Positions 29,979 through 40,833 are shown, counted from the whole stretch's first letter. The stretch is 63,951 nucleotides of DNA, filler included, from an uncultured Methanosarcinales archaeon (GCA_964385185.1; 4 parts of 4 records of this genome joined end to end with filler, not necessarily neighbours in it); one strand, 5' to 3'. Made by a program: numbers and translations. Notes: a model not told the origin generated them from the sequence alone.

Positions 29979-30146
29979 ATAGCTAACGTGGCGACCACAA
30001 ACTCTGTTTGGGTGTATGCCACGTTGGCGAATGGAATGAGACTACGTGGCGACCGTGGATTTTGATCCACGTGTATGCCACGTTGGCGAATGGAATGAGA
30101 CTACGTGGCGACCGTGGATTTTGATCCACGTGTATGCCACGTTGGC
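29979..30146 (-). repeat. Three tandem hairpin units (50, 59, 59 bp), each starting with nt 1-12 of tRNA-Ser
   Basis: TGCCACGTTGGC ends at 29978, 30028, 30087, 30146; units 30029-30087 and 30088-30146 identical. Confidence 0.92.
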
Positions 30147-30208
30147 GTAAAGTTGGAACAAAACTAAGTAATAAAAGAAATAGAAATTGGTTTATAAAGT
30201 TTACCAAT

Positions 30209-30763
30209 TCATCTAGCGTGTAATACTTCAGGTTTTAATAACCCAAACTCAGGATCATAGCCAATGCTAAAACCTTGTGTTACCAACACACCTAATGATT
30301 GGTATATTCTAATACTTTTTCGTCCCCATTCTGGTAAACAAGACGAAGATGCATATTTTTCTGGATTGTTCGCATATCTTTTTGAGTCATCCACAGAAAG
30401 GAGAGCCTCTTTTGCCCCCTGCTGAGTCATGGTTACTTCCATATCTACAGAATCTACAGTTAACATTAAAGGAGTAAGATTCTCCGCTGATATTTTCGTT
30501 TGCACTGCAGTCTCAAAATCATCTCCCTCATGAATTCTATGAGCATATTGTCGCGCACTTGCGCCTAACATGTTCTCTCTTGTTCTTGTCTCTTGCCCTA
30601 CGTATGGTTTACTTGCTACCTCTTCAAGAAACAAGTATACACCTTGAGCAACATCTCTATCCCATAATTCACCTGCAGGAAGAATTAAATCATTACCCCT
30701 TTCAGAACTTGCACAATTTCCTTTCTGTGTAATTACTCTTATTAATCCATCCATATAAATCAC
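30209..30763 (-). CDS. Hypothetical protein
   Basis: 184-aa ORF, no motif recognised. Confidence 0.7.
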   Translation of the reverse strand: MIYMDGLIRVITQKGNCASSERGNDLILPAGELWDRDVAQGVYLFLEEVASKPYVGQETRTRENMLGASARQYAHRIHEGDDFETAVQTKISAENLTPLMLTVDSVDMEVTMTQQGAKEALLSVDDSKRYANNPEKYASSSCLPEWGRKSIRIYQSLGVLVTQGFSIGYDPEFGLLKPEVLHAR

Positions 30764-30807
30764 CCTGTATAGTTATAGAGAAGAAGAATCAAATAGAATA
30801 TAAAAAA

Positions 30808-31134
30808 CTATTTATTCCCACAGTAGAATATCTTCCTAATATCAACATCAGATGTTGAAAAACCACCAGTACTATGGTGACTATCTGCAGGAGTGGGAGG
30901 AGCCTGGGTTACTTCTTCCTTAGTTATTTCTGTTCCAGGCTCCGTAGGCATAGGAGCAATCTCTCTCTTAATCTCTTGTTGTTTTACCATGTCTCGTATT
31001 TCAACAACTTGAGAATTTAAATCCACAATAACTCTCTTTAGATCTCCGACTTCTCGTCGTAAGTCTTTAGTTTGAATATCTACCAATAATTCAACTTTTC
31101 GTTCAATGAGTAAGTCTTCAACCATTGATATCAT
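30808..31134 (-). CDS. Coiled-coil hypothetical protein in ftsZ operon
   Basis: Heptad N-terminus, Pro/Thr linker, C-terminal DVDIRKIFYCG peptide; overlaps upstream gene. Confidence 0.75.
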   Translation of the reverse strand: MISMVEDLLIERKVELLVDIQTKDLRREVGDLKRVIVDLNSQVVEIRDMVKQQEIKREIAPMPTEPGTEITKEEVTQAPPTPADSHHSTGGFSTSDVDIRKIFYCGNK

Positions 31135-31849
31135 CCTCTATATTGTTGGAAATAAAATTAATCATTTTGTCATTCTCAGCAATTTTATAGATATCTAAAG
31201 CAGTTTTTGAATCGCCTGCATGTAATAATCCCTCTGCTAGAGAATTTAATCGATCAGTTGCACCTGTAATTTTATAGGCTCGAACGGCATAATCAAGCTG
31301 TCTTTCATCAGCAGCACGATCTCCAAGTTCAATCATTTGTTCAACTTCTCCTACACCTTCAAAAGCTTCAAGAGCAAGTTCCCATTTACCTTTATCTATA
31401 CATTCTTTCCCTATCAGTACCATTCTTTCTTTTGCTTGTAGCTCTTTGAAAACGCCAAGAGCAGCTTTGAAATTTTTATTAGTAAAACAGGTCTCTCCAA
31501 TATTTCGTAATTCCTGCAAATTTCCAGACATTTTAAAGCATTCAACTGCTTTTTCAAAAAAAGCAATTTTAACATATTCTCGTCCAACTTCTGTAAGTTT
31601 AGCTCTATTCTCTGAGAGAATAAACGCTTTCTCACCCTGTTCAAGATTACCACGCCGAAGATGTTGCTCTCCTAAGCTATTATAGAGCTTATATCGCATT
31701 TTTTCTTCAAACATAGAAAGATCAAGGTCCTCCACTTTTTTATGTAGTAGGTTTGGCAGAATTTTCTGAACAGTGTGATCACTGTGTGAAGAACCCTGAT
31801 CTAAATTTATGTGTGATAAGACATTGTTTTGAATTACTTTATCTTCCAT
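31118..31849 (-). CDS. TPR-like alpha-solenoid protein
   Basis: About 29-aa repeats (L.EVG..Y....FEKAVECF; L..IG..C....F..AL..F); immediately after ftsZ. Confidence 0.8.
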   Translation of the reverse strand: MEDKVIQNNVLSHINLDQGSSHSDHTVQKILPNLLHKKVEDLDLSMFEEKMRYKLYNSLGEQHLRRGNLEQGEKAFILSENRAKLTEVGREYVKIAFFEKAVECFKMSGNLQELRNIGETCFTNKNFKAALGVFKELQAKERMVLIGKECIDKGKWELALEAFEGVGEVEQMIELGDRAADERQLDYAVRAYKITGATDRLNSLAEGLLHAGDSKTALDIYKIAENDKMINFISNNIEDDING

Positions 31850-31850
31850 T

Positions 31851-32867
31851 TTACACACTCTCGATATTCAACTCATTATTCATCCACTCAGACTCATTAG
31901 TCTGTTTAGCTTCTTTTCCAAGAATCCAAGGGCTTTTAACGCCAGTGATAATGGTCATTACAATGATTTTGCCTTCCATGTTATCATTGATTCTTGCCCC
32001 CCAGATAACGTTTGCATCGTCGTCCAAAGTTGCAGTAACCAAATCTCCAGCTTTTGCAATATCATCAAGAGTTAAGTCTGGCCCGCCTTCTATATGTATT
32101 AAGGCACCAGTTGCTCCTCGGTAATCAACATCTAATAATGGATTACTCAGGGCCCCCTTAACACTCTCTTCTACTTTTTGGTTGGTGTCTGAGTTACCTA
32201 CGCCAATACTAGCAACACCACCGTTTGTCATTATAGCCTTGACATCGGCAAAATCTAAGTTTACAAGGGAAGGAACAGCAATAGTTTCAACAATTCCTCT
32301 AATCATTGTAGAGACTAATTCATTTGCAACAGAAAATGCTTGTTTAACGGGCAAGTTTCCTGCAATCTCAACAAGTCTATTGTTATCAACAACAATAACA
32401 GTATCACAATGTTGTCTTAATTCCATAAGACCTTGTTCAGCTTTTTCAATTCGAGCTCGCTCAATCTTGAACGGCATAGTAACCGTTCCAATAATGATAG
32501 TATCTTGTTCTTTAGCCATTTTTGCAACAACAGGGGCAGCACCAGTTCCAGTACCTCCACCCATACCTGCACAAATAAAAAGCATATCTGTATGACCAAG
32601 CATTTCTTTTAAATCGTTAAGACTTTCTCTGGCAGCATCTCCGCCTGTTTCAGGATATCCTCCTGCACCTAATCCTTTAGAAACTTCTTTTCCAATCAGT
32701 AATCGATGATCTGCACTTGTTAATTGTAAATGTTGTTGATCTGTATTTATTGCTAGAATTTCAGCCCCCTTTATTCCTTTTTTATGAAGCCAGTTCGTCA
32801 TATTACTCCCTGCGCCTCCAACTCCGATAACTTTGATATGAGCTACGCCCGTTTCTATTTGTTCCAT
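31851..32867 (-). CDS. ftsZ: Cell division protein FtsZ (FtsZ2-like)
   Basis: GVGGAGSN, GMGGGTGTG, NLDFADV; GAGGTGA SD before MEQIETG. Confidence 0.97.
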   Translation of the reverse strand: MEQIETGVAHIKVIGVGGAGSNMTNWLHKKGIKGAEILAINTDQQHLQLTSADHRLLIGKEVSKGLGAGGYPETGGDAARESLNDLKEMLGHTDMLFICAGMGGGTGTGAAPVVAKMAKEQDTIIIGTVTMPFKIERARIEKAEQGLMELRQHCDTVIVVDNNRLVEIAGNLPVKQAFSVANELVSTMIRGIVETIAVPSLVNLDFADVKAIMTNGGVASIGVGNSDTNQKVEESVKGALSNPLLDVDYRGATGALIHIEGGPDLTLDDIAKAGDLVTATLDDDANVIWGARINDNMEGKIIVMTIITGVKSPWILGKEAKQTNESEWMNNELNIESV

Positions 32868-33067
32868 GTGATCACCTCTGCCAGAGTAAAAAGCACCTCT
32901 TTTTCCCTGCACTCAATAGTTTTTTTGTAGTTTCTTATAAATAGCAACTAGTATATAAATGTTACGTTTTAGTATACTGGTACCTAAATTGTGTGTTTTC
33001 GGGTAATATCTAAAAAGTAGAAATTTCAATCTATAGACTACAAAACGAAAAATATTGTTAAAAAGAA

Positions 33068-33391
33068 TTAATCCTTAGCAATCCCAAAAACGGATCTTAG
33101 AGCCACAACAATGGTTGCTGGAACGAAAATAATCAAGATATTACTCAACATTTTGGAGATAATCGGTACAATTGCCAGAACATTTTGACCTAAAGCACTC
33201 ACAATAACAAGAACAGCACCTGCCATGAGAAAAGGTTGAGTCTCTTTCTCAGTTACATTAAGCAGTCCTACAATAAGTCCCACAATAACTAAGATAAGTG
33301 CAGCAAGAGTATTAACATCCCATACGAATGCCATAACAATAGCAACAATAATTCCAATCAGAAATGCCCAACTGCCTATTACACTTTTCAT
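33068..33391 (-). CDS. Small multi-pass membrane protein
   Basis: Four hydrophobic segments, GLIVGLLNVTEKE. Confidence 0.8.
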   Translation of the reverse strand: MKSVIGSWAFLIGIIVAIVMAFVWDVNTLAALILVIVGLIVGLLNVTEKETQPFLMAGAVLVIVSALGQNVLAIVPIISKMLSNILIIFVPATIVVALRSVFGIAKD

Positions 33392-33467
33392 ATGATTATC
33401 TAGAAGGAATTAGTATTTAAAGATTTATGTAAAGAAAAATAATGGTACTATAAGTTCAATCATACCG

Positions 33468-34516
33468 TTACTTAAAATTTCTCCTATCTACTCCAGCCAA
33501 ATATGTTCCTACACCAGCAAGCAAGGGAATAAACCAAAGTCCTGAAGCCCACAATCTTTTTCCACCCATTTGATCTGCCATATCTCCCATGAACACATCT
33601 GAGGCGCCTAATGATTCTGATTTTTTCTGAACTTGTCCCCACCAACCACTAGTATACTTTAACTCAGGATCCATATTATCCAATTCTCGATACTCATGAA
33701 TGGCACTTCCAATAGCATTTTTCAAAAATCCAATATTTAAGGTTTTGATATCACTTCTGATAATTGTAAGATCAGTATCGTCATCGAATTTATTCAAGCT
33801 GGCCTTTGCTCTGTTTAGATATTCTATTGAATTTTTCAACTGACCCATGTCAGCATAAATCAATGATACATAAGTATTTCCCCATGCGTCATTCATAGGA
33901 GTAAAATTTACATCCCAAGGACTAAAGAATGAATAATTCGCAGCTGATTCCATAAGATTAACTAAAGCCATATTTTTTGGGAAACTTTTTCCCCACTGGC
34001 ATTTACCCCTCCTGAAACTGCATCGTTAAATGCTTCATAAGCTGAAGATATTGTCTTTGCCATTTCACTAGATAATAATCTCTTCATAGGGAGGGTATCA
34101 GTTTCAGATGGCAATGTGTTCTGATAGGTCATACGTACCCATTCTGGTGCATCTTCAGGTAATTTATTCGATCTATATGCTTCGTCTAATAGTCCTATTC
34201 CATGAGCATGCAACTTTGCATCATCCAATATATTTGCCAAATTGTCCATATTATAAAATTCAGATTTGAACCATATGGCAGTGTTTTCACCTCTTCTAGA
34301 ATTTGCATGTATTGATGCTTCCTCCAAAAGCCCCTCCATAGATTGAAATCCTTCTGTTTTTTTAGCCATGACAGTTGAACCAGCTACTGCAATGGGTTTT
34401 TCAATAAATTTATCTATGTCTAAATATTCAAAGAAAAAATTAGAAGCTATACTATATATAGCTACAAGTGCTAAACCTCCTCCTAGATACCTTTGAAGCC
34501 TTCCATTCCTAAGCAT
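33468..34516 (-). pseudogene. Possible single membrane protein split by a 1-nt frameshift (ORFs 33962..34516 and 33468..33971)
   Basis: N-terminal TM on first ORF, C-terminal TM on second; one extra A in the A6 run near 33975 fuses them. Confidence 0.45.
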
Positions 34517-34575
34517 AATAATTGATAATCTAAGCTAATTTATAAAGTTATCATTTATTATTTTATTAAGAAAAA

Positions 34576-34884
34576 TTAGGCGTCAATCATTTCAATTTTG
34601 TAACAGTGCCACTCGAGGGGTTGAGCAAAGCGAAATCCCTCATACGTTGTACGTAGCCTTCTAAGCGGACGCGCTTAGGCGTCAATCATTTCAATTTTGT
34701 AACAGTGCCACTCGAGGGGTTGAGCAAAGNNNNNNNNNNNNNNNNNNNNNNNNNNNNNNNNNNNNNNNNNNNNNNNNNNNNNNNNNNNNNNNNNNNNNNN
34801 NNNNNNNNNNNNNNNNNNNNNNNNNNNNNTACGTTGTACGTAGCCTTCTAAGCGGACGCGCTTAGGCGTCAATCATTTCAATTT
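34576..34884. repeat. 99-bp tandem units duplicating the last 23 nt of rps10 (copy number hidden by N gap)
   Basis: TTAGGCGTCAATCATTTCAATTT at 34576, 34675, 34862 with the same hairpin-rich insert. Confidence 0.85.
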
Positions 34885-35173
34885 CAATATTCAATCCCTC
34901 AGGTATAGGAACACGCATTACCAACCTAAGAGCTCGCTCATCTATCCCTAAATCAATTAAACGTTTATGAATTCTCATCTCATAACGTTCCCAAGAAGCC
35001 TTACCTTCACCACAAGGACTTTTTCTTGTAGTAACTTTTAATCGTTTAGTAGGAAGAGGAATAGGTCCACGCATATTAACACCTGTTTTCTCAGAGATAT
35101 CGTTGATATAACTACATACCTCGTTGACTTTACTAATGTCAGTCGATGCTATCTTGATTCGTGCTTTTGGCAT
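34862..35173 (-). CDS. rps10: 30S ribosomal protein uS10
   Basis: [34 protein letters not shown]. Confidence 0.97.
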   Translation of the reverse strand: MPKARIKIASTDISKVNEVCSYINDISEKTGVNMRGPIPLPTKRLKVTTRKSPCGEGKASWERYEMRIHKRLIDLGIDERALRLVMRVPIPEGLNIEIEMIDA

Positions 35174-35230
35174 TTTGTGCGTGTACCGCATGATAAACAA
35201 GGGTTCATCATGAAAAGGAAATTAAAAAAA

Positions 35231-36520
35231 TTACAGTTCTTTCTTTGTTAGCTCGGTAACCATACCTGCAGCTACTGTAGTTCCTGAATCCCTAATCGCG
35301 AACCTTGCTAGTTGCGGTATTTCTTTTTGAGTTTCAATACATAATGGTTGTACTGGCTTAACTCTTACAATAGCGGCATCGCCGTTTTTGATAAAGTCTG
35401 GATTCTCAGCCATAACTTCTCCCGTTGCTGGGTTAAGTTTCTTCTCAATAGCTTCAATTGTACAAGCCACTTGAGCTGTGTGAACGTGGAACACCGGAGT
35501 GTATCCTGCTGTCATAACAGTAGGATGGTTCAACACAACAATTTGAGCTTTAAATTCAGTTGCAATAGTTGGTGGAGCATCTGCAGGACCTAATACGTCC
35601 CCTCGAGTAATGTCCTTTTTACCAGGACCTCTTAGGTTAAATCCAATATTATCTCCTGGTTCAGCAGTTTGGAATTGTTCGTGATGCATTTCAATCGTCT
35701 TGACTTCAGCTACAACGCCTTTTCCTTCTCTACCAGGTACAATACTCACTTTTTGACCCACTTTCATAACACCAGTTTCGACTCGTCCAACAGGGACTAG
35801 ACCGATTCCAGTAATATTGTAAACATCTTGTAATGGAAGTCTCAAAGGTAATTCTGTTGGTTTCTCAGGTGGCTGAAGTTCAGCTAACTGATCCAATAGG
35901 CAATTTCCTTTATACCAAGCCATCTTATCAGATTTCTTAGCAACATTCTCTCCATGCAGTGATGCAATAGGAACGAATGGAATCTTTGCAGGATCATATC
36001 CAACTGTTTTTAGTAAAGCTTCAACTTCCCCTTTCAGTTTGTTGAATCTTTCTTCACTATAGTCACACATATCCATTTTGTTAACAGCAATGATTAATTG
36101 GTTAACTCCTAATGTTCTTGATAAGAAAACGTGTTCTTTAGTTTGTGCTTGGATTCCGTCTGACGGGTTTCCTGAAATAACTAAGACACCAGCATCTGCT
36201 TGAGCAGCACCAGTAATCATGTTTTTAACGAAGTCCTTGTGCCCTGGAGCATCAATGACAGTAAAATCGTATTTTGCTGTATCGAATTTCTTGTGAGCAA
36301 GATCGATAGTAACTCCCCTTTCTCGCTCTTCTTTTAGATTATCCATAACGAAAGCGAATTCAAATCCGCCTTTTCCTAGTTCTTGAGCTTTATCTTTAAG
36401 CTTTCTCATAGTTTGTTCATCGATAGCACCTGCATCGAATAGAAGTCTACCTACTGTAGTGGACTTACCGTGATCTACGTGTCCAATGAAAATCAAATTC
36501 ATGTGTGTTTTGTCAGCCAT
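35231..36520 (-). CDS. tuf: Elongation factor 1-alpha
   Basis: [25 protein letters not shown]. Confidence 0.99.
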   Translation of the reverse strand: MADKTHMNLIFIGHVDHGKSTTVGRLLFDAGAIDEQTMRKLKDKAQELGKGGFEFAFVMDNLKEERERGVTIDLAHKKFDTAKYDFTVIDAPGHKDFVKNMITGAAQADAGVLVISGNPSDGIQAQTKEHVFLSRTLGVNQLIIAVNKMDMCDYSEERFNKLKGEVEALLKTVGYDPAKIPFVPIASLHGENVAKKSDKMAWYKGNCLLDQLAELQPPEKPTELPLRLPLQDVYNITGIGLVPVGRVETGVMKVGQKVSIVPGREGKGVVAEVKTIEMHHEQFQTAEPGDNIGFNLRGPGKKDITRGDVLGPADAPPTIATEFKAQIVVLNHPTVMTAGYTPVFHVHTAQVACTIEAIEKKLNPATGEVMAENPDFIKNGDAAIVRVKPVQPLCIETQKEIPQLARFAIRDSGTTVAAGMVTELTKKEL

Positions 36521-36765
36521 TTTTAGTGTTCCTCCAATATAATATGTATATTTATTTGTAAATTAATACTTCTTTAGGAATCCGAGACGGTTTATAAAGG
36601 TTTTGCTTTCGACCGAAGGAAGAAAGGAAAACTTCAAGGCGCTAGTCTTGTTAGTTACGCTTTTCGTGAAGTAATCTATTACCCAGAGAAACTTGCAATT
36701 AGATGCAATTAGGGTCCCAACACATCACCATAACCTTTAAATACGCCTCAGTCTAATCTCAGACC

Positions 36766-37842
36766 ATGAACACTAAAGAAATTATAAAGAAGCTTAATAA
36801 GATCAAAAACGATATCAAAAAGCATGAATTAGAGCATTATGGTATGGGTTGGTGGGATGATGAAAGGGTAAATAATGTCAAGGCTTTAGTAGCAGATCTA
36901 AAAGAATTAAAAGAGATAAGAGGTTTTACTTCCATAGAGTTAGATGCTTGGCTCCAATTCTTAGAAAAATGTTTAGCTGCCTATGGTTTTAGTGAATATG
37001 GCGACTCCTATCAAGCAGAAAAAGAGATAAAACAAGTAAAGCAAAATACAGCAAGTGTATTAAATAGCTAGATTCATAAGCTTGTGACTGACATAGAAAT
37101 GTTCGAAAAAGATCTCTGTTCAAAACCAGATAGTCAGGTAATGAAAAAATGGAGAGAGAGTATTTTAAAAATTCCCGATAGTTCAATGATTGCCATAGTT
37201 AGGGGACAGGACCCAAATGAAACAGTAGCATTTATGTTGGCTACCGAAATATATAAGATGTTGAAAAAGGAGTCAAAGAACAGATTTTCTGTCGAGCTCA
37301 TCCATGTTCCTGTGGAAGAAACACCATGGGCTATTATATACATGAGCGAAGAAGAACTGGAGCATGTAACTCCAGATAGTGAGTTGGTTTATTTTTCGGA
37401 GGCAAGTAGTACACATGAAAAGAATTTTGTCAATAATTTACTGAAAATGTTCCCGTTTGGAAATCTGGGATCAGTATTTCTTTTTCATAACGGGACTCCC
37501 GATAAACTTTTTTCGGAAAGCCTATGGGGGGAAATTATTCTAGAGATACCAGGTGTATACGTTGATAATACGAACAGAAGAGTTCTTGAACGAGCAGCAA
37601 GGTTATATATACCAGATATGAATCTGGATAAAGTTATGCAGGAAGTAAAAAAATGTAATTTGAAACATCCGCCAACTAGTAAATCCAATGAAAAATACGA
37701 TGCATTTGTGAGATACTTTGCGAGATATACAGATCCTAAGAAGACCTTTCAAAAGTATGGTAAAGAAAAGATGATGACAGATATACTCAATTTAATAGTT
37801 CAAGTCACAGTAGAAACAGCTGAAATCATCAAACAGCGTTGA
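36766..37842 (+). pseudogene. Hypothetical gene probably split by in-frame TAG at 37069-37071
   Basis: ORFs 36766..37071 and 37084..37842 are in frame (ASVLNS*IHKLVTDIE); distal part has degenerate M14-like GQDPNE / LFHN. Confidence 0.55.
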
Positions 37843-37922
37843 ATACAGTGAGCACCCATGATGCCTACTACAGCTACATAACAAGTGCATAAACAATAAA
37901 ATAAGAAAAAATAAAAAATTCC

Positions 37923-40100
37923 CTAAGCGCCTACCATCGCATCAGTTAAACCTTTTCGTTCCTTAATCTGCTTAGTAATTTTCTCTTGTTGCTCATTTGG
38001 TAGCTTTTCAAACATCTGATCAACTAAGCTTGAGTTTCCTCGTCCACCTGTTGCTGATCGTAAATCTGAACTCCATCCAAACATTTCTCCTACTGGCATT
38101 TTAGCAGTAGCAATAACAAGGATTCCTTCTTCATTCATTTCGATTAATTGTCCTCGTTTGTTCTGTACCAATTTACTAATCTCTCCCATATACTCTTTAG
38201 GAGCTTCAATTCGTAAAATTTGCATGGGTTCAAACAAGACAGGACCTGCTGTCATCATAGTCCCTCGAATACCCTCACGCACTGCAGGGTACATCTGAGC
38301 AGGACCACGATGAATTGCATCTTCGTGTAATTTCATATCGTTCAACGTAATTTTCATTCCTACACAAGGCTCTTTACAAAGAGGTCCTTGTTTCATAACG
38401 TCTTCAAACATGTCTAAAATCATCTCAATAACTTCTCCTAAGTGGACTTGTCCTCGAGTTGCATCAACAAAAATGTTACCTTTGTACACATTCTTAACTT
38501 TTTCAGCTTCTTTAGAAGCCATACCTGCTTCAACAAACAAGTCTCTCATTTTAGGATCTTTTTTCTTTAATCGTCCCTCAGGAATATGTCCATCTTTGAT
38601 AGCTTGAGCAACGGTATCTAAAACCGGTTCAGCCGTAAAGAAGATGTGATTGTGTTTGTTAGGTGATTTACCCATAACTTCTTGACCTTCTTTAGTCACT
38701 GTCTCTCTATAGACAACAATAGGTGGAGATGCGTTAATCTCTACCCCTTTTTCAGTCAAGATTCTATTTTCAATAACTTCAAGGTGTAATTCTCCCATTC
38801 CATGCATTAAGTTTTCTCCTGTCTCTTCGTTAATTTCAATTTGGACAGTTGGATCTTCTTTTGCAACGATTCGAAGAACTTCGATTAACTTTGGAAGATC
38901 TCCTGGTCGTTTAGCTTCAATAGCTTTAGTAACAACAGGATCGAAAATGTGTTGAATTTGTTCAAACGGTTCAGTTGGACCTAAGGCAATAGTTTCTCCT
39001 ACATAGGTTTTAACTCCTGCAATTCCAACAATATTTCCACTAGGAACGTTATCAACAATTTCTCTCTTTGCACCATTATAAATAAAAACGTTTTGTACTC
39101 TTGCTTTATTCTTTGATAAAATTTGATAGACTTCCATCCCTCTTTTAACCGTTCCACTAAATAATCGTCCGGAAGGAATTTCTCCTGCTTGAGGATCTAC
39201 AATAATTTTTGTAACAACGAAAAATAAAGGTCCGTTTGGATCACAACTTACTAATGCTTTTCCTTCTTCACTATCAATTTCACCGTGCCAAATATTTGGA
39301 ATTCTATATTCTTGAGCTTGTTTTGGATTAGGGAGATGTTTTACAACCATGTTTAATACAACAACGTGCAGAGGAGCTTTATCTCGTAGAGCTTTGATAG
39401 TTTCTTCTCCACCATTGAACGCATCAATAACATCTTTAAAGCCAATTTTCTCTTTAACCATAAAATCTGCACTTAATGCCCAATTCTGAAATGCTGAACC
39501 AAATGCAACACTTCCATTGTTAACATCAACTTGCCACTTAGCACCATCTTCTTCACCCGCAATATCTCTAATCAATTGATTTACGTGTGTAATGATATTA
39601 AGGAATCTTTCTTGCATAGCTTCTGCAGTTAATTGTAATTCTTTCATTAATCTATCAACTTTATTGATAAATAAAACAGGTCTTACTTTTTCTCGAAGAG
39701 CTTGTCTAAGAACAGTTTCTGTCTGAGGCATAACACCTTCAACAGCGTCGACAAGAACGATAGCTCCGTCAACAGCTCTCATAGCTCGAGTAACGTCTCC
39801 TCCAAAGTCAACGTGACCTGGAGTATCTAATAAATTGATTAAGTATTCAGTATTGTCAACAATATGGACCATGTTAACAGCAGCAGTATCAATAGTGATA
39901 CCTCTTTCCTGTTCATCGTCGTGAAAATCTAATTTAAGAGCTTTACCCGCATCTTCTTTACTCATCATACCGCAGCCTGATAGTAAGTTATCGGAGAATG
40001 TAGTTTTTCCGTGATCAATATGAGCACAAATAGCAATATTTCTAATTTGATCGGTATTTTTCATAATACCCATTACCTTATCAACCATCTTATCTGACAT
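37923..40100 (-). CDS. fusA: Elongation factor 2
   Basis: AHIDHGKTT, DTPGHVDF, diphthamide-site HEDAIHRG. Confidence 0.99.
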   Translation of the reverse strand: MSDKMVDKVMGIMKNTDQIRNIAICAHIDHGKTTFSDNLLSGCGMMSKEDAGKALKLDFHDDEQERGITIDTAAVNMVHIVDNTEYLINLLDTPGHVDFGGDVTRAMRAVDGAIVLVDAVEGVMPQTETVLRQALREKVRPVLFINKVDRLMKELQLTAEAMQERFLNIITHVNQLIRDIAGEEDGAKWQVDVNNGSVAFGSAFQNWALSADFMVKEKIGFKDVIDAFNGGEETIKALRDKAPLHVVVLNMVVKHLPNPKQAQEYRIPNIWHGEIDSEEGKALVSCDPNGPLFFVVTKIIVDPQAGEIPSGRLFSGTVKRGMEVYQILSKNKARVQNVFIYNGAKREIVDNVPSGNIVGIAGVKTYVGETIALGPTEPFEQIQHIFDPVVTKAIEAKRPGDLPKLIEVLRIVAKEDPTVQIEINEETGENLMHGMGELHLEVIENRILTEKGVEINASPPIVVYRETVTKEGQEVMGKSPNKHNHIFFTAEPVLDTVAQAIKDGHIPEGRLKKKDPKMRDLFVEAGMASKEAEKVKNVYKGNIFVDATRGQVHLGEVIEMILDMFEDVMKQGPLCKEPCVGMKITLNDMKLHEDAIHRGPAQMYPAVREGIRGTMMTAGPVLFEPMQILRIEAPKEYMGEISKLVQNKRGQLIEMNEEGILVIATAKMPVGEMFGWSSDLRSATGGRGNSSLVDQMFEKLPNEQQEKITKQIKERKGLTDAMVGA

Positions 40101-40111
40101 TTTTATTCCTC

Positions 40112-40591
40112 CTAGAAGACGTGCTTCTCATGCACGGTCTTGTAATCAAAAATCTCTGACTCTGAGAACCATAGTGCAATCTCTTCCTTAGCTTCTTCTA
40201 ATGTTCCTGAAGCGTGGATAAGATTCTTTATGGCAATTCCCTTTCCGTCAGTATATTCATAAGAGTGATGTGCGTAATCTCCTCGGATGGTTCCCGGAGG
40301 AGCTGTTTTTGGCTCAGTAGGTCCGGTAATTTTCCGAACAACCTCAACACAATGTAATCCCTCTAAAATAATCGCAGTAACTGGCCCTTCAGTAATCATT
40401 TTCTCAAGTCCTGGATAAAATGCTTTATCGATATGTGCTTTGTAGTGTTGTTTTGAGAATTCAGCGTTGATATGCACTAATTTCATACCCGCAATCTTTA
40501 ATCCTGCTTTCTCAAATCGAGTAAGTAATTCTCCAACAATACCTCGCTGAACTCCATCAGGCTTAATAAGAATTAAACTTCGTTCAATCAT
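40112..40591 (-). CDS. ndk: Nucleoside diphosphate kinase
   Basis: IKPDGVQR, PGTIRGD, NLIHAS. Confidence 0.97.
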   Translation of the reverse strand: MIERSLILIKPDGVQRGIVGELLTRFEKAGLKIAGMKLVHINAEFSKQHYKAHIDKAFYPGLEKMITEGPVTAIILEGLHCVEVVRKITGPTEPKTAPPGTIRGDYAHHSYEYTDGKGIAIKNLIHASGTLEEAKEEIALWFSESEIFDYKTVHEKHVF

Positions 40592-40833
40592 TTCTTAGCC
40601 TCAGGTTTTTTTTCAGCTTTTTCTTTCTTCTCGTGATCGATTTGGTGAAGTCTTTTTTCTTTCTCAATCTGTCCAGCAGCAGTCCACAGTTTTTTTCTTG
40701 GGTTTCTACCCAGTTTAACCATATTTTTCTCACACTTCATTTTACAGAAGTATAATACTGTGCCATCTTTCTTGATGTACATCTTACCAGATCCGCTAGG
40801 AAGTTCTTTTCCACAAAAACTGCAATCTGCCAT
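40588..40833 (-). CDS. rpl24e: 50S ribosomal protein eL24
   Basis: CSFCG...DGTVLYFC..KC...GRNPRK..WT. Confidence 0.95.
   Translation of the reverse strand: MADCSFCGKELPSGSGKMYIKKDGTVLYFCKMKCEKNMVKLGRNPRKKLWTAAGQIEKEKRLHQIDHEKKEKAEKKPEAKK

Noticed and set aside
29979..30146. CRISPR array or split-tRNA halves
   Set aside because: Two units are fully identical, no unique spacers, no cas genes; only 12 nt match the tRNA, with no D-arm.
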